A stretch of 64,000 bases of DNA, from the NCBI GenBank assembly GCA_963816355.1, contig CAWFKH010000005.1:128001-192000 (forward strand). Reading direction: 5' to 3'. The stretch is from an uncultured Gemmatimonadales bacterium (GTDB taxonomy: Bacteria; Gemmatimonadota; Gemmatimonadetes; Longimicrobiales; RSA9). A model generated the notes under the pieces. The model worked only from the letters and a program-made list of their open reading frames with translations, did not search any database and was not told the origin of the DNA. Below are positions 7,351 to 15,851 of this stretch, in pieces. Numbering within the stretch: the first letter of the stretch is position 1; each line of letters starts with the position of its first letter. The translations under genes and the position numbers were made by a program.

Positions 7351-9075
7351 ATGGACATCCCACAGTTTTTTAGGTTGTGCCAAGTACGAAGTCCCCGCCT
7401 CATGTGGTTCTTGGGTGCGGGGGCGTCCTCCTCAGCTGGCATACCAACAGCCTACGATGTCGTGTGGCGGCTTAAGCGTCGAATCTACTGCTCTGAGCAC
7501 CGTCGTCCGGAGAGCACCGTGTCCGACCTCCGCAGCCCCACCACCAAGGCACGGCTCCAGGCCTACTTCGACGCTTCTGGCAGTGCGCCTCCCGAAGACG
7601 ACCCGGCGGAGTACTCGCACTATTTCGAGTTGGCGTACCCAGACGAAAGGGATAGGCGCCGTTTCCTTGAGACTTTCCTCTCTGCGGCCAGCCCTTCCTG
7701 GGGCCATGCTGCGCTCGCCGCGCTGATCGGCTCAGACTTGGTCCGTGTGGTCTGGACCACCAACTTTGATCGCCTCGTGGAGGAAGCGTGTGCTAAGGTC
7801 CCCGGCGCGATATCTGGCCTTCGCGTCGCCGATTTGGCTGCTCCCGAGAAAGCCGCGGACGCTTTCCGCGATGAGAGTTGGCCGATTCTTGTGAAACTCC
7901 ACGGCGACTTTCACTATCGGCGCCTCAAGAACACCGCTGAGGAACTTCGAGCGCAGGACGCATCCCTGCGTGCAGTATTGGCGGAGTCCGCTCGCCGGTT
8001 TGGGCTCGTGGTTGCTGGCTACAGCGGCCGGGACACCTCGGTCATGGACGCCCTAAGGCAAGGAATCCATGATGGCGCGGGGTATCCGGGTGGTCTCTTC
8101 TGGATGGCCCGTGACGGCGACCCACTCCTCGCAGAGGTGTTGGCGCTCATCTCTGCCGCCCAGGAGCAAGGCATTGACGCGCATGTTGTACGGGCTCCTA
8201 CTTTCGACGAGCTGGCCTCGGACGTATGTCAGATGTTCGATGTGGCAACTAGGACGCTAGAGTCGACTGTTGGGGCCCGCCGGAGCCTGGTGTCCGACGC
8301 TCCGATACCGACGGCCGGGAGCGGCTGGCCAACGGTTCGACTCAATGCCTACCCTCTGTCTTCCTGGCCGCAGACGTGCCGGCTCATTCGATGCGATGCC
8401 GGTGGCACGAAGGAGGTGCGTGAGGCTCTCCGGACTTCTGGCGGAACCGCGATCGGAATCCGAAAGCGCAGCGGTGTGGTGGGGTTCGGTAGGGACGAAG
8501 ATTTCAGGAAGGCGTTCGCTGGGGCCAATATCACCGGTTTGGATCTGCACCCGATCCCTGAACTGCGGCCAGAGTACTTGGGCCTACTGACGGATGCTCT
8601 CGGGATAGCGCTTGCGCGGAACCGCGCTGTCCTAGTCGAACGTGTCGGGCGCCGCCTGTTCGTCCTCGTTGATCCGGCGGACACCGCCGGACCTAGCTAC
8701 ACAGCTCTTCGTCGCGCCACGCGCGGGGCACTGAGCGGAACGCTCCCAGGCGTTGAGCTCAAGTGGTTTGAAGCTGCCCGAGTCAGACTCGAGGAACGCC
8801 TGGGTCGACTGTGGTTCCTTGTTGAGCCGACGATCTTCCTGACCGGTCTACGCGAAGCAGAAGATGCTGCCAGAGCCCAAGCGCGCGAGTTCGTCCGCGA
8901 ACGCATGGCCAGCCGTTACAACCGCACATGGAACGACCTGTTTGAGGCTTGGAGCGGAGTCCTCTTTGAGGGCCGCCAGGGCCTGACGATCAGCGCGTTT
9001 GGGACATCGGCGGGCGTTGACGCTGAGTTTTCGGTCAGTGGTGTCACGGCCTTCTCAAGACGGGAGACCCGATGA
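7351..9075 (+). CDS. Cassette 4: SIR2-APAZ effector (NADase) of a short-pAgo system
   Basis: FLGAGASSSAGIP, WTTNFD, VKLHGDF and AGYSGRD SIR2 motifs; a ~270 aa C-terminal region is inferred to be APAZ from length and position; ATGA overlap with pAgo. Confidence 0.88.
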   Translation: MDIPQFFRLCQVRSPRLMWFLGAGASSSAGIPTAYDVVWRLKRRIYCSEHRRPESTVSDLRSPTTKARLQAYFDASGSAPPEDDPAEYSHYFELAYPDERDRRRFLETFLSAASPSWGHAALAALIGSDLVRVVWTTNFDRLVEEACAKVPGAISGLRVADLAAPEKAADAFRDESWPILVKLHGDFHYRRLKNTAEELRAQDASLRAVLAESARRFGLVVAGYSGRDTSVMDALRQGIHDGAGYPGGLFWMARDGDPLLAEVLALISAAQEQGIDAHVVRAPTFDELASDVCQMFDVATRTLESTVGARRSLVSDAPIPTAGSGWPTVRLNAYPLSSWPQTCRLIRCDAGGTKEVREALRTSGGTAIGIRKRSGVVGFGRDEDFRKAFAGANITGLDLHPIPELRPEYLGLLTDALGIALARNRAVLVERVGRRLFVLVDPADTAGPSYTALRRATRGALSGTLPGVELKWFEAARVRLEERLGRLWFLVEPTIFLTGLREAEDAARAQAREFVRERMASRYNRTWNDLFEAWSGVLFEGRQGLTISAFGTSAGVDAEFSVSGVTAFSRRETR

Positions 9076-10499
9076 CTCACCAGCACGAGTCTGAGCTGCC
9101 CGGCCACCAATGGATTCCGGAGCCATCGCTCCTGTTCCATCCTGAGCGGCACACCGACGTTCACGTCCATCCACTCAAAGGTCTGCTACAGTACGGGGCC
9201 TACAGTCGGTCTCTACTGAACCCCTTCATGGACCCGATCCGAGTCGCCTCTATCGGCCCTGCCGGATGGAGGCGCCGGGTGGACGGGCTTGTGGAGGAGC
9301 TCCGATCGGCCCAGGAACCCCGGGAGCGAAGGGCTTACCTCCCACAATATCCGGGCTTTTCCAGCCTTTTTGGTGTTGGCCTCGTTACGGCCGATGCACA
9401 CCTACAGGTTGAGTTGCCTGCTGATACCGAACAGCAACTGGCTAACTCCCCCCAGCCCGTGCTGAAGCTGGGCGAACTCCTTTCGCGGGCGGTGCGTGGT
9501 CTTGAGGCAAGGAGAAGTGAGTTCGATGTGGTAATTGTTCTCCTGCCAGAGGAGTGGGCCACGGCCTTCGAGGACAAGGAGAACGATCTCGATCTGCACG
9601 ACTACCTCAAGGCCGATACCGCAAGTCGTGGCATCCCTTGTCAATTCATAAACGACACTCCCAATGGAGCTCTACAGTATCGGTGTCGGGCAAGCGTCGG
9701 CTGGCGCCTTGGCATAGCTCTCTACACGAAAGCAGGGGGAGTTCCTTGGAAGCTCGCCACGACGGGAGTTGATACCGCGTTCATCGGTATCAGCTACGCC
9801 ATGCAGCCGCTTGAAGGTGCTGAGACCCGGTTCGTTACATGCTGCAGCCAGGTCTTTGATGCTGATGGTGCGGGATTGGAGTTTATTACCTACCAGCCCC
9901 GAGACGTTCGCATAGAGCGGCGGAATCCGTTCTTGGACCGGACGGAAATGCGACGGGTTATCGCGAGGAGCCTTGAGTTGTTCCAACGACGCCACGGAGG
10001 CCGCCTCCCCAGTCGTGTCGTGGTGCACAAGTCGACCGAATTCAAAGACGGCGAGGTCAGCGGATGCGGAGACGCCCTTGCTGCAGTTGATGACGTGCGC
10101 CTTCTCCACGTCCAAATTGATGTGTTTTGGCGAGGCACCAAGCTTGAGGCGCGACGACGACCAGCAGCCTACCCGTGCGAAAGGGGCACCCTACTGCAAC
10201 TCGGAGCTCGAGAGGCCCTACTGTGGACGCAAGGCAACGTGGCAGAGGCCCTGGGGAAGAACTACTACAAGGAAGGCAAGTCGATCCCGTCTCCGTTGTT
10301 GCTGACTCGGTATGCCGGACACGGACCGATGCTCGAAGATGCGGGGGACGTGCTGGCACTGACCAAGATGAACTGGAATAACGACAACCTCTACGACAGG
10401 GAGCCGGCGACCCTGGCGTACGCGGGCGTGTTAGCCAGAACTGTGCGGCGAATGCCGGACCTCCTTCCGCGCCCCTATCAACTTCGGTTCTTCATGTGA
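9072..10499 (+). CDS. Cassette 4: short prokaryotic Argonaute (MID-PIWI, catalytically inactive type)
   Basis: 475 aa. EPSLLF..HPLKGL..YG, LHDYLKA, IPCQF and LYTKAGGVPWKL (MID 5'-phosphate pocket); AFIGISYA lacks the catalytic Asp; RVVVHK, LTKMNWN and C-terminal RFFM. Confidence 0.92.
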   Translation: MTHQHESELPGHQWIPEPSLLFHPERHTDVHVHPLKGLLQYGAYSRSLLNPFMDPIRVASIGPAGWRRRVDGLVEELRSAQEPRERRAYLPQYPGFSSLFGVGLVTADAHLQVELPADTEQQLANSPQPVLKLGELLSRAVRGLEARRSEFDVVIVLLPEEWATAFEDKENDLDLHDYLKADTASRGIPCQFINDTPNGALQYRCRASVGWRLGIALYTKAGGVPWKLATTGVDTAFIGISYAMQPLEGAETRFVTCCSQVFDADGAGLEFITYQPRDVRIERRNPFLDRTEMRRVIARSLELFQRRHGGRLPSRVVVHKSTEFKDGEVSGCGDALAAVDDVRLLHVQIDVFWRGTKLEARRRPAAYPCERGTLLQLGAREALLWTQGNVAEALGKNYYKEGKSIPSPLLLTRYAGHGPMLEDAGDVLALTKMNWNNDNLYDREPATLAYAGVLARTVRRMPDLLPRPYQLRFFM

Positions 10500-10653
10500 G
10501 TGGCCGTATATGGGCCGGTTGACTCGCAGGCAAGCGTCGGAATGAGGTCGCAAGGGCGTCTCAGTGGTGCGTTCGGGAATCCCAGGGGGAGCTCCAGGAC
10601 AGATGTTGAAGAGAGCACGAGACAAAGACCTGTTATTGCGGAGGCTCGCGGCG

Positions 10654-10920
10654 ATGGCGGCTGATGATCTGCGGACGGAATGGCACCTCACGCCCAACGG
10701 TTGGGTGATCGGAACTTCTCGCTTCTTCGGGACCGTCCAGGGTGACTCGGTTGAGCGTCCCCACGACGCGGTTGTGACTTTCATCGACCAAACCTATCAG
10801 CGATCCGAATGGTCCGGAGAGGAGCGAAGGAGTTGGGTCGAGTGGCGAAATCCAGACGTGGCAGCGCACGACTTTGAGGCTTTGCGCGCTCAGTATCCCG
10901 CCCCTTGGGAGTCGAAGTAG
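10654..10920 (+). CDS. Cassette 4: small Trp-rich hypothetical protein
   Basis: GGAGG upstream of ATG 10654; MAADDLRTEWHLTPNGW...; ends 31 bp before attC4. Earlier starts (10564, 10603) are possible. Confidence 0.6.
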   Translation: MAADDLRTEWHLTPNGWVIGTSRFFGTVQGDSVERPHDAVVTFIDQTYQRSEWSGEERRSWVEWRNPDVAAHDFEALRAQYPAPWESK

Positions 10921-10964
10921 GGGTTCGCAGGGAATAGGTGGCCGCGACGTCAGTTAACAAACAG

Positions 10965-12275
10965 GGCTCTTCCGGGTTTCCCATGGGTCGAGGTAGGATG
11001 AGTGCTTCCGAAAGGAGGCGTTCATGGACGATCGCGGGTTTTACCAGACGGTGCTGGGGCTGAGGGAGCCGTGGGTAGTGGAGTCCGTAGAGTTGCGACC
11101 TGAGCGGGAGGAAGTGCGGGTGCGAGTCGGTGCGCGGGCCGGGGCGCGGCTGACCTGCCCGGAGTGCGGCCGCGAGAGCCCGGGCTATGATCTGGCGGAG
11201 GAGCGGCGGTGGCGACACCTGGATACGATGCAATACCGGACGATCCTCCACGCGCGAGTCCCTCGCGTGGAATGTGAAGCGCATGGGGTCCGGCAGGTGG
11301 CCGTGCCCTGGGCGGAGCCGCGAGGCCGTTTCACGGCGCTGTTCGAGGCGTGGGCGATCCGGCTGCTGAGAGAATCGACGGTGGCGGGAGTGGCGGAGCT
11401 CCTGGGCCTCAGCTGGGATGAGGTGGCTCACATCCAGCGGCGGGCCGTGGATCGAGGGTTGGCGCGCCGTTCCCAGGAACCGGTTCGGGTCCTGGGGATC
11501 GACGAGACCAGCTTTCAGAAGCGGCACGAGTACGTGACGGTGGTCAATGACCTCGAGGGGGATCGGGTGCTCTGGGTGGGCGATCACCGGCGGGAGAGCA
11601 CGCTTCGTGAATTCTGGGAGAGCCGGCCGGAGGAAGAGCTGCGCGGGCTTCGGGCCATCGTCATGGACATGTGGGATCCCTACATCGCCGCCACGCGCGA
11701 CTGTGTGCCCCACGGCCTCTCGAAAATCGTCTTCGATCGGTATCACGTGGCGGCCCACCTGACAACGGCGGTGAGCGAGGTCCGCAAGGCCGAGCAGCGG
11801 GATCTTCGCCGAGCCGGGGAGGGGGCCCGTGCCGCCCAACTGAAAGGCAAACGCTTTGTCCTGGTGCGGGGCGCCGCCAAGCGCACGGCCGCCGATGAGG
11901 CGGAACTCGCCGCGTTGCGTCGCTCAGGCTTCAAGGTCGGGCGCGCCTGGGCCCTGAAGGAGGCGGCGCGGAGCCTCTGGGAGTGCGCTACAGCCGAGAC
12001 TGCACTCCGCGCGTTCCAGCGGTGGTACCGCTGGGCCATGCGCTCACGGCTCGAGCCCATGAAGCGAGCCGCCCGCACCATGAAGCGCTACCTCTACGGG
12101 ATCCTACAGTACACCCGACACCCGTTCACCAATGCCAGGACCGAGGGCATGAATTCCAAGATCCAGCTCATCAAGCACCGCGCTCGAGGCTACCGCAACC
12201 GCGACAACTTCCGGATCGCCATCCTCTTTCACTGCGGCGGCTTGAACATGGACCCACGCTAAATCCGGAAGAGCC
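10965..12275 (+). mobile_element. ISL3-family element
   Basis: TIRs GGCTCTTCCGGGTTT / AAATCCGGAAGAGCC; 8-bp TSD ACAAACAG (10957-10964, 12276-12283). Confidence 0.95.
11024..12262 (+). CDS. ISL3-family transposase
   Basis: CPECG zinc finger, [34 protein letters not shown] and ARGYRN. Confidence 0.95.
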   Translation: MDDRGFYQTVLGLREPWVVESVELRPEREEVRVRVGARAGARLTCPECGRESPGYDLAEERRWRHLDTMQYRTILHARVPRVECEAHGVRQVAVPWAEPRGRFTALFEAWAIRLLRESTVAGVAELLGLSWDEVAHIQRRAVDRGLARRSQEPVRVLGIDETSFQKRHEYVTVVNDLEGDRVLWVGDHRRESTLREFWESRPEEELRGLRAIVMDMWDPYIAATRDCVPHGLSKIVFDRYHVAAHLTTAVSEVRKAEQRDLRRAGEGARAAQLKGKRFVLVRGAAKRTAADEAELAALRRSGFKVGRAWALKEAARSLWECATAETALRAFQRWYRWAMRSRLEPMKRAARTMKRYLYGILQYTRHPFTNARTEGMNSKIQLIKHRARGYRNRDNFRIAILFHCGGLNMDPR

Positions 12276-12429
12276 ACAAACAGTTGCCGGCTTCGTTCGC
12301 TACGCTCACTTCGACGAGCACGGCTTCGCCTGACGGCTCAGCCGCGCCGGCAACTTTGAACGTTATGCGCAACTGCTAGGAGAAGACGACCAATCACAAT
12401 GGTGACGAAGGGAAGCACGACGAGGCTCA

Positions 12430-15400
12430 GAGGTATCTTCAGAGGGTGTGGAAACGAGCAGAAGGCGGTGACACCTTTCGGTTGAGCCATCAACCACGGG
12501 CCTCGTGCCCGCACGAAAGGAGCCACCGCCGTGTCAAAGGTAACCAAGGAAGCGTCCTCGTCGTCAAGCGTGGTATGGGGACAGCTGGAGGGCTTTGCCC
12601 GCGAGCGGTTCAGGTATTCGTCCAGCGGCTGCTCGAGGAAGAGGTCGAAGGGCTCCTGGGCTGGCGGAAGTCGGAGCGGCGAGAGCCCGGATCGGAGCCG
12701 GTCTACCGCAACGGCTACGACAAGGCGCGTAAGCTGGCGTTGTCGAACGGCACGATCAAGGTTCGGCGTCCGCGGGTCCGAGGGCTGGAAGAGCGGTTCA
12801 AGAGCCGAATCCTTCCGCTGTTCAAGCGGCGCACGGAGGAAGTCAGCGAGCTCCTGCCCCAGCTCTACCTGCACGGGCTGGCGCTCGGCGACTTCGAGCT
12901 CGCGCTGAGGGGGCTGCTGGGGGACGCTGCTCCCCTTTCGGCCGCTTCGATCGCTCGGCTGAAGGCGCAGTGGCAGCTCGAGTTGCGTATTCCGGGCGAA
13001 TCCGTCCACTGATTCCGGAGCAAGCCGTCCACTGATTCCGGACGATTCCGTCCACCCGTTCCGGAGCAATACGTCGACCGATTCCGGGGATTCCGTCCTG
13101 TCATTCCGGCGGAATCCGTCCACCCTGGGGGAGCGAAACCGACGCTGGATGACCTGAACCGAAACAGCCGCCACCTTGTGCGGGTGCTGAACCCGGAGGA
13201 GAATGGCGGCAGAGAGGTTGTCCATGCGGAAGATTAAGGAGGTGCTGCGGCTGAAGGCCGCAGGCCATGGGAACCGGGCGATCGCCCGGAGCCTGCGGAT
13301 CGCGCACAGCACGGTCCGCGAGTACCTGAGCCGGGCCGAGGCGGCGGAGCTGGGCTGGCCGCTGCCGGAGGGTCTGACGGAGGCGGAGCTCGAGGCCCGG
13401 CTCTTTCCCCGCCGCGGCCGTCGAACGTGGCGCGTCCGCTGCCGGACTGGGCGGAGGTACACCGGGAGCTCAAGGCGAAGAAGCGGACCGGCATCACGCT
13501 CCAGCTACTCTGGCTCGAGTACAAGGAGGAGCACCCGTACGGGCTGCAGTACAGCCAGTTCTGCGAGCGGTACCGCCGGTGGCGGGGCGGGCTGGACCTG
13601 GTGCTCCGGCAGGAGCATCGGGCCGGGGAGAAGGCCTTCGTGGACTTCGCCGGCCAGACGGTGCCGGTGGTGGACCGGGGCACGGGGGAGATCCGCGAGG
13701 CCGAGATCTTCGTCGGTGTGCTGGGCGCCAGCAACTACACCTACGCCGAGGCGTGCTGGAGCCAGGAGCTGCCCGAGTGGATCGGGGCGCACGTGCGCAT
13801 GTACGAGTACTTCGGCGGCGTCCCGCAGCTCACGGTCCCCGACAACCTGAAGGCGGGGGTCCGCCACGCCTGCTACTACGAGCCGGACCTGAACCCCACG
13901 TATCACGAGCTGGCGGTGCACTACGGCACGGCCGTGCTGCCGGCCCGGGTCCGAAAGCCGAGGGACAAGGCGAAGGCGGAAGCGGGCGTGCTCCTGGTGG
14001 AGCGGTGGATCCTGGCCCGGCTCCGCAAGCTCACCTTTTTCAGCCTGGCCGAGCTGAACCGGGAGATCCGTCGCCTGCTGGACCTCCTGAACGACCGGCC
14101 CTTCCAGAAGCTGGAAGGAAGCCGCCGCTCGCTCTTCGAGACGCTGGACCGGCCGGCGCTTCTCCCGCTCCCCGAGCAGCGCTACGAGTTTGCCCGCTGG
14201 AAAAAAGCCCGGGTCAACATCGACTACCACATCGATGTCCTCGGCCACCGGACACCGGCCCAAGGCGCACCAGAAACACCTCGAGTGGACGCCCTCGCGG
14301 ATCGTCGCCTGGGCCGAGAAGACGGGGCGCACGAGCGTCGAGGTCCTGCACTCCGGCCGCCGGGTGGCGGCGCATCTGCGGAGCCACCGAAAGGGCGGCT
14401 TCACCACCGAGCCCGGGGGAGGCGGTCGAGTCCACTCTGGAGGATGGACTTGACCGAGCGATAGGAGACGCCGCCGATCCGGAGCGCGCGGGCGCAGGCA
14501 GCCTCGAGCCGTTCGGGAGAGTGGCGATCGCCGAGCCTCAGGAGGCCGAGGCAGGCACGGTAGCCCTGCTCCGGGTGCGGCTTGCTCTCGAGGATCTGCC
14601 GGGCCAGCTCGCCCGTGGCTGCGGGTGATGCGCACGTCCACCTGCTGGCGGACGAGGGTGTGGGGCACGCTGTAGAACCGCGATCTCCTCGAGGTCCTCG
14701 AAGACCGCTACGGCCGACGCGCCACCCTCGTCACCAGCCAGCTGCCCGTCGAGCACTGGCACGCGGTCATGGGAGACGCCACATTCGCCGACGCCATCCT
14801 GGATCGGCTCGTCCACAACGCCCACACCATCACTCTGAAAGGAGCTTCCATGCGGCGGAAGAAGAGTCAGACCGCCGCCGTCGCCGAGTCCTGAACACGC
14901 CAGCGTCGATTCGCTCCGACGGGTGGACGGAATGGACCGGAACAGGTGGACGGCTTGCGCCGGAACCGCCGGACGGCTTCCTCCGGAACTCGTGGACGGA
15001 TTCACCGGAATAGGCACGAGTTCCAGGAGTGGCGGAGCCGTTCGCTGGCCGAGCTCGACATCGTGTACTGCTGGGCGGATGGCCTGTACGTAAAGGCCGG
15101 CATCGACGACGGCAAGGCGGCGCTCCTGGTGATCATCGGTGGGACCCGCGAGGGCGAGAAGGTCGTGCTCGCCGTGGAGAGCGGGCAGCGGGAGTCGCGC
15201 GAGTCGTGGCTGGGCGTACTGCGCGACCTGAAGGGCCGCGGCATGAACGCGCCGCGGCTCCTGGTCGCCGACGGCCACCTGGGCATCTGGGCCGCGGTCC
15301 CCGAGATCTGGCCGCGGTGCGAGGAGCAGCGTTGCTGGAATCACAAGATGGTCAACGTGCTGGACCAGGTTCCGAGGAAGCAGCAGGCGGCCGTACGCCA

Positions 15401-15836
15401 GCACCTGAGAGGAATGATGTACGCCGAGAGCAGGGCTGAGTGCGAGAAAGCGCGTGAGCGGTGCGTGAAGCAGTTCGAGCGGCTCTACCCCAAGGCAATG
15501 GCGGCGCTCAAGCGGGACTGGGAGCGGATGGTCACCTTCTTCTCCTTCCCCCACGAGCACTGGGTCCACCTGCGCACCACCAACATCGTCGAGTCGCCCT
15601 TCGCCTCTGTGCGGCTCAGGACCACGGCCGCAAAGCGCTACAAGCGGGTCGAGAACGCCACGGCGTTGATCTGGAAGCTGCTCCTCGTAGCGGAGAAGAC
15701 CTTCCGGCGGCTCAACGCCGCACACCTGCTCGCGGCCGTTTCCGCGGGCGCGAAGTACGTCGACGGCATCCCCGTCACCAGTCAGTCCGAAAGGGCCGCC
15801 GCCTGATGCCGTTTACACACCTATTGACGTGACCTC
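12430..15836 (+). mobile_element. IS256-family element A (transposase ~12531-15806, interrupted by IS21)
   Basis: TIRs GAGGTATCTTCAGAGGGTGTGGAAAC / GTTTACACACCTATTGACGTGACCTC; 9-bp TSD CGAGGCTCA (12421-12429, 15837-15845). YRNGY, WADG, VADG, QRCWNHK and RTTNIVES motifs; halves rejoin in frame (QLE|FQEW); extra frameshift near 12607. Confidence 0.92.
12984..15016 (+). mobile_element. IS21-family element, internally deleted and scrambled (istA 13203-~14680, istB 3' remnant ~14680-14893)
   Basis: Ends TGCGTATTCCGG / CCGGAATAGGCA; 5-bp TSD CGAGT; multiple ~22-bp subterminal repeats. IstA VDFAG, PDNLK and KAKAE motifs; IstB tail TSQLP...[13 protein letters not shown]...GASMR. Confidence 0.9.
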
Positions 15837-15851
15837 CGAGGCTCACGTCAG

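Larger units (their letters stand above)
10952..12368 (+). other. attC site 4, interrupted by ISL3 (10952-10964 plus 12284-12368)
   Basis: Reconstruction: R'' AGTTAAC, AGTTGCCGGC...GCCGGCAACT, R' GTTATGC (12362-12368), 98 bp in total. Confidence 0.87.

Noticed and set aside
12990..13125. Regular ~22-bp repeats (CCGTCCACTGATTCCGG-like), mirrored at ~14920-15010, as a possible CRISPR array
   Set aside because: There are no unique spacers and no cas genes; they are the subterminal transposase-binding repeats of the IS21 ends.
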